From: Gammaproteobacteria bacterium
GTDB taxonomy: Bacteria; Pseudomonadota; Gammaproteobacteria; Eutrophobiales; Eutrophobiaceae
Assembly: GCA_965215365.1 (NCBI GenBank)
Contig: CBDCDS010000003.1
Span: 96,001-160,000 of the forward strand
Length of the DNA stretch: 64,000 nucleotides
Reading direction: 5' to 3'
The notes below the pieces were generated by a model, which was given only the letters and a program-made list of their open reading frames with translations, ran no database searches and had not been told where the DNA came from. The translations under genes were made by a program, and so were the position numbers. Positions 34,213 to 43,716 of the stretch are shown here, piece by piece (position 1 is the stretch's first letter; every line of letters begins with the position of its first letter).

Positions 34213-34225
34213 TAGAGGTGACCGT
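34195..34225. repeat. Short palindromic repeat
   Basis: ACGGTTACCTCTAATTAATAGAGGTGACCGT. Confidence 0.75.
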
Positions 34226-34243
34226 AACCACTCGCCCCCTGGT

Positions 34244-34356
34244 CGTCATTCCCGCGAATGCGGGAATCCAGTCGCTCAAACAGTCGCTTGCGACACCTTA
34301 TAGAGTGTCCCTTCGGGACTTTTCCCCACTGGATTCCCGCATGCGCGGGAATGACG
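34244..34356. repeat. Inverted pair of dRS3/REP-like units (ATTCCC-N8-GGGAAT)
   Basis: CGTCATTCCCGCGAATGCGGGAATCCAG and CTGGATTCCCGCATGCGCGGGAATGACG. Confidence 0.8.
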
Positions 34357-34409
34357 GCGAGTAGAGCAGCAATGACAAACGGGGGGAGTGAGTAGTTACA
34401 AGTGACCTT

Positions 34410-36782
34410 ATGAAGATTTGGCGCAAGCAATTACTGGCATTGGCGTTATTCCCGGCAATAATCTGCGCGGGTGCCGGCGCGGCGGCAGGGGATGCCCCAG
34501 GTACTGGGCCCACCGCCGCGCCCGCCGCTATGGTCGCGCCGCCGGCTGCAATACCGATGAACGAGGGTTGGTCGTTTTTCCGTTTTGCGCCGGCTGAGAC
34601 CTTCGATCCTGAAAACCTGCCGGCCGCCGGCTGGGAACGGGTAACGCTGCCTCACAGCGCACGGCTCGAAGCGCGGGTGTTCACCGGGCAGTGGCAGGGC
34701 GATGCACTCTATCGGCGCCGGTTGTTCGTGCCCCAGGACTGGGAAGACAAGGCTATCTGGCTGCGTTTTGAAGGCGCCATGATGGTTGCCGAAATTTATC
34801 TGAACGGGGTTCCCGTGGGCAAGCATCAGGGCGGCTACCTGCCGTTTACCCTGGACCTTTCGGGGCTGCTGCGAGTGGGGGAGTATAACCAACTGCTGGT
34901 ACATCTGGACAACCGGGACAACCCGATTACCGGGCCAAAGCCGCTGGAGCTGCTGGACTTTAATTACTACGGCGGGCTGTATCGAGAGGTGCGGCTGTTC
35001 GTTCGAGAGCGCTTGCATATTACCGATGAGATGCTGGCAGACCGCGTGGCCGGCGGCGGAATTTTTGTAACGTATCCGCGCATCACCCCGACGCGCGCCG
35101 AGGTATCGGTTAAGACCCACATAGCCAATACCGGCCCGGCGCCGGGTCATTTCAAGGTTAAACACATTGTCATGGATGGGGCACAACGGGTGACTTCGTC
35201 GGTCTCCGAAGCCTTGACTTTGGGTACAATGAGTGACGTTGAGCATACCGCCGTACTGACGGTTGCTGCGCCGAAATTATGGTCGCCGCGCACGCCGGCG
35301 CTTTATACCCTGATAACCCACCTAGAAGCAGGAGGCCGGCTGCTTGACACACGCACCACGCCCATCGGCATCCGCCATATCGAAATCGGCGCCGCCGGTT
35401 TGTTCATCAACGGCGAACAGATGTTTCTGCGCGGTGTCAACCGGCACCAGGAATACCCTTACGTAGGCTATGCCCTGTCTCCCAATGCAGATTACCGGGA
35501 TGCCAAGCTCATCAAGGAAGCCGGCTTCGATTATGTGCGCCTGTCCCATTATCCGCATTCACGCCATTTCATGCGGGCTGCCGATGAAATCGGTCTGGTG
35601 TTGCTCAATGCCATTTTGGGATGGCAGTACTATAACCCGGCCCCGGCGTTTTCCGAACACGTCAAACAGACCTGTCGCGACTTGATCCGGCGCGACCGCA
35701 ATCATCCCAGCGTGCTGGCCTGGGAGTGTTCCTTAAATGAGAGCCAGATGCCAACGGCACTGGTTGATGAACTACACGACATCGTCCACCAGGAATATCC
35801 TGGCGGGCAGACCTACTCAGCCGGCTGGACGCGTCGCGGGTACGACATCTTTCTTGAAGCTCGGCAACATCGCCTGCGTCATCCGGGGCGGCCGTTGCCG
35901 AACAAGCCGTACATCGTGTCGGAGTACGGCGATTGGGAATATTATGCCCAGAATGCCGGCTTGCATCAGGAGCAGTGGCAAGACCTGTCGGCGGCCGCGC
36001 GTTCCAGCAGGCAACTGCTCGCGCACGGAGAAACCAGACTTATGCAGCAGGCGACCAATGTCCAGGAAGCGCATAACGACAACCTGTCAACCCCGGCGTT
36101 GGCCGATGGCTACTGGGTCATGTTCGATTACAACCGCGGCTACGCCGCCGACCTAGAGGCCTCAGGGCTGATGAGTCTGGAACGCATCGCCAAGCCCGCT
36201 TATTACTTTTTCCGCAGCCAGCGGGCTGCACAAGAGTTATCTGCGCGTTACGCCAGCGGCCCTTTCGTCCATATAGCCAGCGAATGGCGCGCGGACTCGC
36301 CGCGTCCGGTGCGGGTTTTTGCCAACGCCGATACGGTGGAATTATTTCTCAACGGAACTTCTCTTGGCCGTCAGACTCCCGACCGTGACCGCATTTCGAG
36401 CAATCTGCGCCAGCCGCCGTTTACGTTTGCAATCCCGTATTTTCAAGCCGGCACACTGGCAGCGGTTGCCTACGCTGACGGTGTGGAGATTGCACGTCAC
36501 GCAGTGACTACGCCCGGCGCGGCGGTGCGCGTGATGGCCGGGTTGGCGACCCAGGGTATCAGGCCGGTTGCCAATGATTTGCTGTTTGTCCACGCCAGTA
36601 TCATTGATGCCAACGGCACTACCGTGCCGGTGACCGGCATGCGTGTCAAATTTACCGTCAGTGACGATCTGGAGTTTGTCGGGCCTGACACGGCAAGCAG
36701 CGAAAATGGCACCGCGGCCGTGCTGGTAAGGGTAAAACAGGCGGATGGGGAACAATCTGTTGGCGCCAGCATGATGCAATAA
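34410..36782 (+). CDS. GH2 beta-galactosidase-like glycosidase, secreted
   Basis: Signal peptide; YYGGLYREV, RGVNRHQEYP, RLSHYPH, RDRNHPS, SLNE, VSEYG. Confidence 0.9.
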   Translation: MKIWRKQLLALALFPAIICAGAGAAAGDAPGTGPTAAPAAMVAPPAAIPMNEGWSFFRFAPAETFDPENLPAAGWERVTLPHSARLEARVFTGQWQGDALYRRRLFVPQDWEDKAIWLRFEGAMMVAEIYLNGVPVGKHQGGYLPFTLDLSGLLRVGEYNQLLVHLDNRDNPITGPKPLELLDFNYYGGLYREVRLFVRERLHITDEMLADRVAGGGIFVTYPRITPTRAEVSVKTHIANTGPAPGHFKVKHIVMDGAQRVTSSVSEALTLGTMSDVEHTAVLTVAAPKLWSPRTPALYTLITHLEAGGRLLDTRTTPIGIRHIEIGAAGLFINGEQMFLRGVNRHQEYPYVGYALSPNADYRDAKLIKEAGFDYVRLSHYPHSRHFMRAADEIGLVLLNAILGWQYYNPAPAFSEHVKQTCRDLIRRDRNHPSVLAWECSLNESQMPTALVDELHDIVHQEYPGGQTYSAGWTRRGYDIFLEARQHRLRHPGRPLPNKPYIVSEYGDWEYYAQNAGLHQEQWQDLSAAARSSRQLLAHGETRLMQQATNVQEAHNDNLSTPALADGYWVMFDYNRGYAADLEASGLMSLERIAKPAYYFFRSQRAAQELSARYASGPFVHIASEWRADSPRPVRVFANADTVELFLNGTSLGRQTPDRDRISSNLRQPPFTFAIPYFQAGTLAAVAYADGVEIARHAVTTPGAAVRVMAGLATQGIRPVANDLLFVHASIIDANGTTVPVTGMRVKFTVSDDLEFVGPDTASSENGTAAVLVRVKQADGEQSVGASMMQ

Positions 36783-36799
36783 AGGGCGCTTGTGAGGGT

Positions 36800-37525
36800 T
36801 TACTGGCTGCTTGCTTCTTTGTATGAGCGGATCAGTTGCATGGCTTCATCAATGATCAGGTGCATTGCCTGTTCTGCGGCCGCCGGGTCCCGGGCTGCGA
36901 TCGCAGCGGCCACTGCCTCGTGTGCTTCGACACTGGCAAATTCAACCCCTTTGAAGCGGTTGGTCAAGCGGATGCTGAAGCGCAAGGCGGTGCCAATCAG
37001 CTCCCGTAACTGTTGGATGAACCGGTTATTGCTGGCCATGAGCACGGCAACGTGAAAGGCAATATCCGATTCCTGCGGGTCGTCTTCCCCCCGTTCGGCG
37101 GCCTGCATGCGTGCCAGTGCGTTGCGAATCAACAGCAAATCACGGTCTGTGGCGCGGGTGGCCGCAAGCGCTGCGGCCAGCGGCTCGAACACGCGCCGGA
37201 CCTCGGTAAACTCTTCCACGAGCGAGATATCGAGTTTACGCTCCAGTAACCATCTGAGCACATCCGGGTCCAGAAAATTCCAGTTTTGCTCGGGCTCAAT
37301 CCAAGTGCCCAGACGCGGTCTGGCACCCACCAGTCCCTTGGCCGTCAACATTTTAACGGCTTCCCGGAGTATGCTGCGACTGGCGCCGAACTGTTGGCAA
37401 AGTTCTGCCTCGGTCGGAAACTTGTCGTCGGAAGAATAGGCGCCAGACACGATCGAGGTGCCCAGATCGTGCACGATGCTATACGTCAGGCTGCGGCCAG
37501 ATGCGTAATTCATGGTTAAGCTCAA
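36800..37525 (-). CDS. GntR/FadR family regulator (DgoR-like)
   Basis: PTEAEL..FGASRSILREAVKML..KGLV, WNFLDPDVL.W, DIAFH. Confidence 0.9.
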   Translation of the reverse strand: MSLTMNYASGRSLTYSIVHDLGTSIVSGAYSSDDKFPTEAELCQQFGASRSILREAVKMLTAKGLVGARPRLGTWIEPEQNWNFLDPDVLRWLLERKLDISLVEEFTEVRRVFEPLAAALAATRATDRDLLLIRNALARMQAAERGEDDPQESDIAFHVAVLMASNNRFIQQLRELIGTALRFSIRLTNRFKGVEFASVEAHEAVAAAIAARDPAAAEQAMHLIIDEAMQLIRSYKEASSQ

Positions 37526-38424
37526 GGTCTCTCCGGTATAAAACGAGATACGGGCAACCCCGAAACGCCCACCCGATACACAAAAACGTTTCCGGCCTCC
37601 GGCTGCTCGCGCAAATCGGCCTCAGCAAGCCCCTCTCTCGCAGACGTTACAAATAACAAATCCAGGTCAGCGCCACCGAAGGTAACACAAGTCGGTTGAG
37701 TGACCGGTAACTCCAGTATCGTATCTGTTTCCCCGGCAGGGGTATAGCGCACCACCTTGCCCGCACCCCAGTGGGCACTCCACAGACAGCCGTCACAGTC
37801 CGTTTCCGCGCCATCAGGGGCGCTGCCGCTGGCCGTCACTGCCAGCACCTCACGATTGTGCATTGTGCCTGATTCCGGGTCGAAATCATAGCAGTAAATG
37901 GTTCGGCGGCTGGAGTCGGCAAAATACATGCGCTCAGCGTCGGGGCTCCAGCACAGGCCGTTGGCGATACCGATACCGCTTTCATGCAGACGTAGCCGGT
38001 ATTCGGCGTCAAGACTGTACAGGTTGCCTGCGGCCTTGAGGGTGGGGTCGCCGGCTTCGACCATGGTGCCGCTCCAGAAGCGCCCCTGACGGTCAACTTT
38101 GCCGTCGTTGAAGCGCACCTCGGCAGCTAATTCGCATGGAGCTTGCAGCGGTTTGCTGTCTGTTGAAGTGGGGTCGTACAAGGCGATGCCGCGGTCAAAT
38201 GCAGCGATCAGCTCTGCGCGGCGCGCAACGAAGCCAAACGAACATAACCGGTAAGGGGTCGGGTATTGCTTCAAGGCGCCGTTGGCGGGACGGTAGTGGT
38301 ACAGCCGCCGGGCCTGGATGTCCGTCCACCAAAGCGTCTGTGTTAGCTCATCCCACTGCACGCCTTCGCCGAGGATGTTGCCAGCCTTGATGATGTCGAG
38401 CAGCGCTGGTTTCACGGCTACCAC
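37522..38424 (-). CDS. SMP-30/gluconolactonase family lactonase
   Basis: LGEGVQW, RFNDGKVD..GRFW, NGLCWSPD, PDG. Confidence 0.9.
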   Translation of the reverse strand: MVAVKPALLDIIKAGNILGEGVQWDELTQTLWWTDIQARRLYHYRPANGALKQYPTPYRLCSFGFVARRAELIAAFDRGIALYDPTSTDSKPLQAPCELAAEVRFNDGKVDRQGRFWSGTMVEAGDPTLKAAGNLYSLDAEYRLRLHESGIGIANGLCWSPDAERMYFADSSRRTIYCYDFDPESGTMHNREVLAVTASGSAPDGAETDCDGCLWSAHWGAGKVVRYTPAGETDTILELPVTQPTCVTFGGADLDLLFVTSAREGLAEADLREQPEAGNVFVYRVGVSGLPVSRFIPERP

Positions 38425-39986
38425 CAGGTCGCGTAGAGTGCTGTGAGGATCAGGATAACGCCAACTGCCGCAGTGTTAAAACCGGGGCTTGTGGCAAAAT
38501 CCGCAGCGCGGTAGTCAACTGCGCCGCCCTGTTCTCGCGCCGCCGTGCGGAAACTTAGGGAACAACCCACCGCAACCATGACACACAACAGAAAAACCAG
38601 CCCCACGCGGTCGATAAAGGGCAAGGCCGGCCACAGCAGTTTAAGCACAAAAGAAAGGAGCGCCGAACCGACTGCGGCAGTCATTGCGCCATAAGAGTTC
38701 ATGCCTTGCCAGAACATGCCCAGCAGAAATATGACAACGATGCCGGGAGTGAAAAATCCGGTAAATTCCTGGATGTACTGAAATGCCTGGTCAAAGTTAC
38801 CCAGTAATGGTTGGGCACAGATCATGCCCAGCGCCAGCGCCGCAAAGCCGATGCACCTGCCGGCAATCACCAGCTGTCTTTCATTTGCGTCGGGGCGCAG
38901 GTGGCGATAAATATCCATAGTCGAAATTGTTGAGATGCTGTTTACCATGGAGCCGATGGAAGAGAGAATCGCCGCGATCAAGGCGGCAAATACCAGCCCG
39001 CGCAGTCCTGCCGGCACCAATTTCATCATTTCCGGGTAGGCCTGGTCGGGAACGGCCAGCCCCGGCGCCAATACGAACGCGGCGATGCCGGGCAAGACCA
39101 CGATCACGGGCATCAGCAATTTCAGGTAGGCGGCCAACGCGATACCTTTTTGCGCTTCCCGTAAACTGCGGGCGGCCAGGGCGCGTTGGATAATATACTG
39201 GTTGAAGCCCCAGTAGGAGAGGTTCATAATCCACATGCCGCCGACCAGCACGGAGATGCCGGGCAGACTGATATAGTGGGGATTGTCCGGCGTCAGAATC
39301 AGGTCAAATTTTTCCGGCGCCCGCTCCATTAACTCAACAAAGCCGGCAACCGCGCCCTCGCCCTGACCCAGCGCCTGCAGTGACAGTAAGGAGATCAACA
39401 GCCCGCCGAATATCAGCAGTACGACCTGAATGATGTCGGTCAGCGCTATCGCTTTCAGGCCGCCGTAGAGCGAGTAGGCCGTGGCCAGCAAGCCGAGCAG
39501 CAGCAATCCATAGGCATAATCCAGGCCGGTGATTGCATTAATTGCCAACGCGCCCAACCAGAGTATGGACGTTAAGTTGACGAACACATAGACGCCCAGC
39601 CAGAATACCGCAAGCAGCATGCACACGCGCCGGTCGTAGCGCTGTTGCAGGTATTGCGGCATGGTGCAGATATTGTTACGCAGAAAGATGGGCAGGAAAT
39701 ACTTGCCGACGATGATAAGGGTAATGGCTGACAGCCACTCATAGGACGCAATAGCCAGACCGATTACATAACCGGAGCCGGACATGCCGATGATCTGCTC
39801 GGCGGAGATATTGGCGGCGATCAGGGAGGCGCCTATGGCCCACCACGGCAAGGTTCTGCCGGCTAGGAAGTAGTCGTTAGTGTCTTTTTGATGGCCGTGA
39901 GAATCTCGCGATACCCAGGTCGCGAGACCCACTATGGCTAGCGCGTACACGGCTATGATGACTATATCTATGGTGGCAAGCTGCAT
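38418..39986 (-). CDS. Sodium/sugar symporter (SSS family)
   Basis: YFLAGR.LPWWAIGASLIAANISAEQ, YWGFNQYIIQR; many TM helices. Confidence 0.92.
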   Translation of the reverse strand: MQLATIDIVIIAVYALAIVGLATWVSRDSHGHQKDTNDYFLAGRTLPWWAIGASLIAANISAEQIIGMSGSGYVIGLAIASYEWLSAITLIIVGKYFLPIFLRNNICTMPQYLQQRYDRRVCMLLAVFWLGVYVFVNLTSILWLGALAINAITGLDYAYGLLLLGLLATAYSLYGGLKAIALTDIIQVVLLIFGGLLISLLSLQALGQGEGAVAGFVELMERAPEKFDLILTPDNPHYISLPGISVLVGGMWIMNLSYWGFNQYIIQRALAARSLREAQKGIALAAYLKLLMPVIVVLPGIAAFVLAPGLAVPDQAYPEMMKLVPAGLRGLVFAALIAAILSSIGSMVNSISTISTMDIYRHLRPDANERQLVIAGRCIGFAALALGMICAQPLLGNFDQAFQYIQEFTGFFTPGIVVIFLLGMFWQGMNSYGAMTAAVGSALLSFVLKLLWPALPFIDRVGLVFLLCVMVAVGCSLSFRTAAREQGGAVDYRAADFATSPGFNTAAVGVILILTALYATWW

Positions 39987-40093
39987 TGTCAGAATTACCG
40001 GTGAAATGTGACTGAGAGTTGCAAGTCAGTCATTATATATGATATATCTGATAAAAGTGTAGCAGGTAACTTGAAGACAAGGTTTATGCAGAC

Positions 40094-40900
40094 ATGCAGA
40101 CAACACAACAACATCAATCAGACCTCGCGCCCACCGCGGCGGCGCCACAGTTCCCCGATCTCAAGGGGCGCACCGTATTTATCACCGGCGGCGGTTCCGG
40201 CATAGGCGCGGAATTTACCCGTGCCTTCGCCCGCCAGGGCGCCAGGGTGGCCTTCGTTTCATTACGCCAGGAGGTCGCCGACAAACTTTGCGATGAGGTT
40301 GAGCGAGCGACTGCGACCCGACCGTTTTACCGGCGTTGTGACATACGCGACATTACCGCCCTGCAGGAGGCCATGGTCGCGGCGGCTGACGCGTTAGGCC
40401 CCATCAGCATACTGATCAATAATGCTGCCAGAGACACGCGCCACACGCTCGCCTCAATGCGCGCAGATGAGTGGGACGACTTGTTGAACATCAACCTGCG
40501 CCCGTACTTTTTTACCTCCCAGGCCGTGCAGCCGGCCATGACCGAACTGGGCTACGGCAGTATTATCAACATGGGTTCCAACTCTGCCAACATGGGGCTC
40601 ACCGGTTATCCTGCTTATGTCGCCTCAAAAGCTGCCATTGTCGGCATGACCAAGGCGCTGGCGCGGGAGCTGGGGCCGGCTAATATCCGCGTCAATGCCC
40701 TGATATCCGGTTGGGTGCTCACGGCGCGCCAGAAGCAGTTGTGGGCGACGGAGCAAGCAGTCGCCGAGTGTCTGCAACAGCAGTCATTGAAGACTGCGCT
40801 GACCGAACAGGACATTGCCCATACGGCCCTGTTTCTGGCCTCCGACGCCGCTGCCATGATTACCGGTCAAGCGCTCGTTGTCGATGGCGGACGGGCCTGA
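40094..40900 (+). CDS. SDR aldose 1-dehydrogenase (galactose/xylose type)
   Basis: TGGGSGIG, NNAARD.RH, YVASK, GWV.T.RQ..LW. Confidence 0.85.
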   Translation: MQTTQQHQSDLAPTAAAPQFPDLKGRTVFITGGGSGIGAEFTRAFARQGARVAFVSLRQEVADKLCDEVERATATRPFYRRCDIRDITALQEAMVAAADALGPISILINNAARDTRHTLASMRADEWDDLLNINLRPYFFTSQAVQPAMTELGYGSIINMGSNSANMGLTGYPAYVASKAAIVGMTKALARELGPANIRVNALISGWVLTARQKQLWATEQAVAECLQQQSLKTALTEQDIAHTALFLASDAAAMITGQALVVDGGRA

Positions 40901-40920
40901 GGTCAGGGCCCCGACTCGCC

Positions 40921-42693
40921 ATGCCAACCAACAAAAAGCTACGCAGCCGCGACTGGTTCGACAACCCGGATATGCCGGGGATGACAGCTCTGTACCTGGA
41001 GCGATACCTGAATTATGGCCTGACCCGGGAGGAGCTGCAATCGAACCGGCCGGTCATCGGCATCGCCCAGACCGGTTCTGATCTGGCGCCGTGCAACCGC
41101 TTGCACCTGACATTGGCAACACGGGTCAAGGAGGGTATCCGCGATGCCGGCGGCATACCCCTGGAATTTCCGGTCCACCCCATCCAGGAAACCGGCCGGC
41201 GACCCACTGCGGCATTGGACCGGAACCTGCAAAGCATATCCTTGATCGAGGTGCTGCACGGCTACCCGCTCGATGGCGTCGTGCTGACCACGGGCTGCGA
41301 CAAAACCACCGGCGCGTTACTGATGGGCGCGGCGAGCGTCAACCTGCCGGCCATTGCCTTGTCGGTCGGGCCGATGCTGAATGGCTACTACCTGGGTAAT
41401 TGCGTGGGTTCCGGGTCGATCATCTGGGACGCGCGGCGGCGCTTATCGGGCGGCGAGATTACCAGGGAGGAATTTATGGAGCTCGTGGCCGGTTCCAGTC
41501 CGTCTGCCGGTCATTGCAACACCATGGGCACGGCGCTGACCATGAATTGCCTGAGCGAGGTGCTGGGCATGACCTTGCCTGGCTGCGCCTCGATTCCAGC
41601 GCCGTACCGCGAGCGCCAGCAGCTGGCGTATCTGACCGGCAAGAGAAGTGTTGAGATAGTCTGGGAAAATCTCACGCCTGACAGGATTCTGGGACGCAAA
41701 GCATTCATAAACGCCATTGCGGTGTGTGCCGCCATCGGTGGTTCGACCAATGCCCCGATTCATATCAATGCCATCGCCCGCCACGCCAACGTGCCGTTGG
41801 ATATGTCGGATTGGCAGGAGCAGGGACAGCAAATACCCTTAATCGTCAACTGCCAACCTGCGGGGGAGCAGCTGGCGGAAGATTTTCACCGCGCCGGCGG
41901 CTTGGCGGCGGTGCTCAATGAAATGCTCAAGGCCGGATTGCTGCATGGCGACCAAACCACCGTCAGCGGCAATACCCTGAGTGAAAACTATGCCGGCTGT
42001 ACGATTGTTGACGCAAAAACGATCAAGACCGTGCGGGAACCGCTACAGTCCCGGGCCGGGTTCATGGTGTTCAACGGTAACCTGTTTGAATCGGCGCTTA
42101 TGAAAGTGTCTGTCATCGATCAATCGTTCCGGGATGACTATTTATCAGACGCCGACGACCCCGACGCCTTCGAGGGGGAAGCCGTAGTATTTGATGGCCC
42201 GGAAGACTATCACGCGCGTATCAACGACCCGTCCCTGCGTGTTTCAAAAAGAAGTATCCTGGTGATGCGCGGCGCTGGTCCTGTTGCCTATCCCGGCTCT
42301 GCCGAAGTCGTCAACATGCAACCCCCCGATGCCCTGATCAGACAAGGTATCCCGGCCCTGCCCACGATTGGCGACGGCCGCCAGAGTGGCACCTCCGCCG
42401 CGCCCTCAATTCTGAACGCCTCACCAGAGGCAGCGATGGGAGGCAATCTGGCGATACTGAAAAATGGTGACAGGATACGCATTGACTTGAACAAGCGCCG
42501 GGTTGATGTCCTCATTGACGAGGCCGAGATCGCCCGCCGCCACAAAACCTTTCAGTTGCGCATACCAGAGCATCAAACCTGGTGGCAGCAGTTATACCGG
42601 CAACATGTATCGTCGCTCAGTACCGGCGCAGTATTCGATGAAATGCTTGCCTATCGGGACACAGCCGGAATAATACCGCGCCACTCACACTGA
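40921..42693 (+). CDS. IlvD/Edd family sugar-acid dehydratase
   Basis: LRSRDWFDNP, IGIAQTGSDLAPCN, TGCDKT, HCNTMGTA, GDGRQSGTS. Confidence 0.9.
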   Translation: MPTNKKLRSRDWFDNPDMPGMTALYLERYLNYGLTREELQSNRPVIGIAQTGSDLAPCNRLHLTLATRVKEGIRDAGGIPLEFPVHPIQETGRRPTAALDRNLQSISLIEVLHGYPLDGVVLTTGCDKTTGALLMGAASVNLPAIALSVGPMLNGYYLGNCVGSGSIIWDARRRLSGGEITREEFMELVAGSSPSAGHCNTMGTALTMNCLSEVLGMTLPGCASIPAPYRERQQLAYLTGKRSVEIVWENLTPDRILGRKAFINAIAVCAAIGGSTNAPIHINAIARHANVPLDMSDWQEQGQQIPLIVNCQPAGEQLAEDFHRAGGLAAVLNEMLKAGLLHGDQTTVSGNTLSENYAGCTIVDAKTIKTVREPLQSRAGFMVFNGNLFESALMKVSVIDQSFRDDYLSDADDPDAFEGEAVVFDGPEDYHARINDPSLRVSKRSILVMRGAGPVAYPGSAEVVNMQPPDALIRQGIPALPTIGDGRQSGTSAAPSILNASPEAAMGGNLAILKNGDRIRIDLNKRRVDVLIDEAEIARRHKTFQLRIPEHQTWWQQLYRQHVSSLSTGAVFDEMLAYRDTAGIIPRHSH

Positions 42694-42710
42694 AGCGCGT
42701 GCGCAACAGC

Positions 42711-42735
42711 GCATCACTTGGTGAGCTCTGCGGGT
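42711..42735 (-). mobile_element. Solo MITE end remnant at the accessory/core boundary
   Basis: GCATCACTTGGTGAGCTCTGCGGGT followed by TA. Confidence 0.65.
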
Positions 42736-42819
42736 TAATGGCATCGTTAAGGGTTTCTTAACAGTCCGAAACAGGTTATTATCTACCGTCACTGGCTTAT
42801 CAAACAACCGGAGCATCCC

Positions 42820-43452
42820 TTGGACCCTTACACTTCCGAAGCGCAGCGGATAGAAGATATTAAAAAATGGTGGCGTGAGAACGGCTTGTCGGTCGTGCTC
42901 GGTCTGACTCTGGGTGTCTCCGGCATCTTCGGCTGGCGTTACTGGCAGGGCGCGCAGGCAGGGCAGGCAGAGGCGGCGTCGGCGTTGTACTCGGATATGG
43001 TCGCCGCATTGCAGGACGAGAACGATACCGGGGCACAGGAATTTGCCGAGCAAATCCTGGCGGACTACGACGGCACTGCCTACGGCGTGTTCGCGTTGAT
43101 GACTCTGGCCCGACTGGCCGTAGCCGATGCTGATCTGGAGGGGGCCGAAGCGCGCCTGCGCCGGGCGCTTGCACAGTGCAAGGATGCCGCGCTGGCGCAC
43201 GTCATTCGCCTGAGACTGGCCCGAGTGCTCATCAGCCGCAATGAACCGGAACAGGCTGGCGCCGTGCTGGAGGTGCGGGAGCAGGGCGCGTTTGCAGCCG
43301 GATATAACGAATTGCTGGGCGATATTGGCGTCATGCAGGGCGACCTGGAAACGGCGCGTGACGCCTACCAGCGCGCCCTCGACACGGCGCGCGCCGCCGA
43401 CCGCGATATGACCACGGTGGAGCTCAAGCTCGATAATGTCGGGCAGTTGTAG
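42820..43452 (+). CDS. yfgM: YfgM family TPR membrane protein
   Basis: IKKWWRENG, single TM helix, LRLARV, GD motif; precedes bamB-der. Confidence 0.88.
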   Translation: MDPYTSEAQRIEDIKKWWRENGLSVVLGLTLGVSGIFGWRYWQGAQAGQAEAASALYSDMVAALQDENDTGAQEFAEQILADYDGTAYGVFALMTLARLAVADADLEGAEARLRRALAQCKDAALAHVIRLRLARVLISRNEPEQAGAVLEVREQGAFAAGYNELLGDIGVMQGDLETARDAYQRALDTARAADRDMTTVELKLDNVGQL

Positions 43453-43477
43453 CCGGTCGTGAAAAAAATGCGGGTCA

Positions 43478-43716
43478 ACCCGCATATCTCACCAGATCGC
43501 TGGTTGTTTTATGCAACATTTTGCTATCAATAAATTATGGTAATACTTCTGCTCTTTCCGCATAACACACTGCGCTTGATGCGCCCTCGCTGGTCTTTTC
43601 TACGCCTGCGGGCACCGGCTCACTCAACCAGAGAACCACTATGCTTTCGTTCGCCGGCACCCGCAGGCGTAGAAAATCCGGCGCGATCTTCGCATCATCT
43701 GGTGAGATATGCGGGT
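43478..43716 (-). mobile_element. Diverged MITE copy (239 bp) at bamB start
   Basis: ACCCGCATATCTCACC ... GGTGAGATATGCGGGT-TA. Confidence 0.9.

Noticed and set aside
40030-40052. Possible GntR operator (ATTATATATGAT-like) in the divergent promoter
   Set aside because: Low-complexity AT sequence with only one weak second match near 33591
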